Assembly: GCA_964364225.1 (NCBI GenBank)
Contig: CAYIKP010000005.1
Location: forward strand, 1 to 46,985
Length of the DNA stretch: 46,985 nt
Direction: 5' to 3'
DNA from: an uncultured Candidatus Saccharibacteria bacterium
GTDB lineage: Bacteria > Patescibacteriota > Minisyncoccia > Phycocordibacterales > Zambryskibacteraceae
Shown here: positions 45,633-46,985 of the stretch, one piece after another
Layout of the letters: the number at the start of each line of letters is the position of its first letter
Position numbering within the stretch: position 1 is the stretch's first letter
Notes under the pieces: generated by a model
Told to the model about the DNA's origin: nothing
Database searches by the model: none
The model's input: the letters and a program-made list of their open reading frames with translations, nothing else
Program-made: the position numbers and the translations under genes

Positions 45633-46484
45633 TTAGAGGCCATCAAAAAAATTAATTAAATATTTATTTATTTCTCTTTGATCCAGATCGTAAAAATATT
45701 TCTGATTTTCATGAAGATAATTTGCTAGTACTACTCCAACAAATCTCCAATGCCAAGGTTCAAATTGGTAGTAAGTATTATTTTTAGGGTAGGAGAGTAT
45801 AAAGCCATATTTATAAGAATTTTCTGTGAGCCATTTAAATGTTTCTGTTTTACTAAAACCAGAAAAAGTGTTGGCGATTTTTGGTGTTGTAAAGTCAACC
45901 GCAGTGCCTAATTGATGTTCTGAATAGCCTTGATCTGCAGAAAACTTATTTGCCCCAGATCCGTAAGTAGTGGTGTAAATATCTTTTAAATATGACTGAG
46001 TTTCGAAAGATCTGTATGCCGAAATAATTTCGAGAGGAATTTTGTTTTGTCTAGCACTATCAATCAATTTCAATAAAAATGGCAGTGCTTTTGTTTCAAA
46101 TAACTCCTCTTTATTTTGGTATGTGTATTTAGTGTCTATTGAAGAAAGTTCTTTTGGGACATAGTGTTCATTTAGGAAAAATACTTTTGAATATTTTTGT
46201 AAAAACTCTTGATCGGTTTCTTTTAATTTTGCAAAACCAGTAACTTTGTCGGTAATACTTGCAATTTGTCCGGCAAAAGAGTCATTTATGTTTTTAATAT
46301 TATTTAACTCTAATAAAAGCGTTTCGTTTTCTGATTTAGCTTCCATTAAAACCCCCGTTGTTAAATGTAATTGATTTTCGGTTTTGTCTAGGTTTTGTGT
46401 CAGGGAATAATATTTAAAGGTTACAAATCCGAAGGCCAAAATACAAATTATAGTTAGATAGGGAAGTAGGGGGATATTTTTCAC
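45633..46484 (-). CDS. M15B/VanY-type D,D-carboxypeptidase
   Basis: SAYRSFETQ, SEHQLGTAVD, YGFILSYP, FEPWHWRFVG; N-terminal TM plus coiled coil. Confidence 0.9.
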   Translation of the reverse strand: MKNIPLLPYLTIICILAFGFVTFKYYSLTQNLDKTENQLHLTTGVLMEAKSENETLLLELNNIKNINDSFAGQIASITDKVTGFAKLKETDQEFLQKYSKVFFLNEHYVPKELSSIDTKYTYQNKEELFETKALPFLLKLIDSARQNKIPLEIISAYRSFETQSYLKDIYTTTYGSGANKFSADQGYSEHQLGTAVDFTTPKIANTFSGFSKTETFKWLTENSYKYGFILSYPKNNTYYQFEPWHWRFVGVVLANYLHENQKYFYDLDQREINKYLINFFDGL

Positions 46485-46558
46485 CTGTCGATTTTAACAC
46501 GATTGAAAGAAGGGCTTAATTTAAGTATCATTTGACCTGTTCTCCAAAAGAGAACATA

Positions 46559-46628
46559 TTCCCCGGCCCGCTTAGACTCGATGTCTAGTCGAGGCTGGTG
46601 GCGCTCCGCCAGCTGGCGGAGGTAGTGC
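46559..46628 (+). pseudogene. Interrupted duplicate of the tRNA-Asn 5' part carrying two palindromic inserts
   Basis: ttccccgg[32 nt]tggcgc[tccgccagctggcgga]ggtagtgc versus tRNA ttccccggtggcgcagcggtagcgc. Confidence 0.5.
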
Positions 46629-46641
46629 GAAGTAAAAACAT

Positions 46642-46716
46642 TCCCCGGTGGCGCAGCGGTAGCGCAGTCGCCTGTTAAGCGATTGGTCGTAGGTTCGAAT
46701 CCTACCCGGGGAGCCA
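46642..46716 (+). tRNA. tRNA-Asn (anticodon GTT), CCA encoded
   Basis: TCCCCGG/CCGGGGA acceptor, loop CTGTTAA, GGTTCGAATCC. Confidence 0.96.
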
Positions 46717-46985
46717 GTTAGTATGAAGCCCAAAATTCGGCTCGCGCGAAGCGCGAGTGAGTGTGGCGGGAGTGGCGGAATCGGAAGTATGCAAAAGGAT
46801 TTCCCAAGATTTTTTCGGAGAGAATTGCAGAGCCCTTTGCGCGAGGAGGGGGTTCGAGCCAATCTTTTTGAGAAAATTTTTCTTGTCCTCAAAATTTTCT
46901 CCGGAAGCGATAATTCCGGCTTGTTTGCTGTCTAAAATGAAAAGTCGCATCGGTTCGAGCCGATGATTGCCCTTTTGCTCAAAAT
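46702..46985 (-). CDS. C-terminal end of a probable site-specific (large serine) recombinase, 5'-truncated by the window edge
   Basis: Frame is open to the window edge (FEQKGNHRLEPMRLFILDSKQA...KKNFLKKIGSNPLL...WLPG); stop lies inside the tRNA 3' end; family call rests on recalled similarity only, catalytic domain not visible. Confidence 0.55.
   Translation of the reverse strand, partial: FEQKGNHRLEPMRLFILDSKQAGIIASGENFEDKKNFLKKIGSNPLLAQRALQFSPKKSWEILLHTSDSATPATLTRASREPNFGLHTNWLPG

Noticed and set aside
46572-46966. ORFs 46572-46892 (-), 46723-46935 (+) and 46757-46966 (+)
   Set aside because: They overlap tRNA-Asn or the better-supported recombinase-like frame.

Overview
AT-rich bacterial chromosome segment with the gene content and style of a Patescibacteria/CPR (Parcubacteria-like) genome; this assignment is inferred from gene repertoire and compact proteins. 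Standard code. It is mostly housekeeping: rplY, rpmE, prfA, rpsB, tsf, a monomeric-type pheS, gyrB, a truncated thrS, dnaE, rnhB, rpmF, nusB-NUDIX, rnc, a short smc, rnr, rpsP-khpA-trmD, rpoB-rpoC-dnaG-rpoD, tRNA-Thr and tRNA-Asn. The 3' end of a probable recombinase runs into tRNA-Asn. The unexplained signal is in the intergenic DNA. (1) Three 127-137 nt hairpin elements sit exactly at the start codons of unrelated genes (GT2, smc, dsbA), each flanked by a direct repeat of the gene's own first bases ATGNA and each creating a short leaderless uORF; a fourth, short degenerate copy is also present. (2) A GC-rich ~380 nt multi-domain, probably pseudoknotted RNA has its own consensus sigma70 promoter and terminator and lacks the hallmarks of tmRNA, RNase P, SRP or 6S RNA. 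(3) A family of post-stop-codon hairpins has unrelated stems but conserved basal or loop motifs (CGCTC...CTCGCT / AGCGAGCG). (4) Housekeeping genes are near-leaderless (-10 box 6-10 nt before the start codon), whereas solitary small accessory genes have full promoters, SD sequences and terminators. All structures were paired by eye; no database search or folding program was run.
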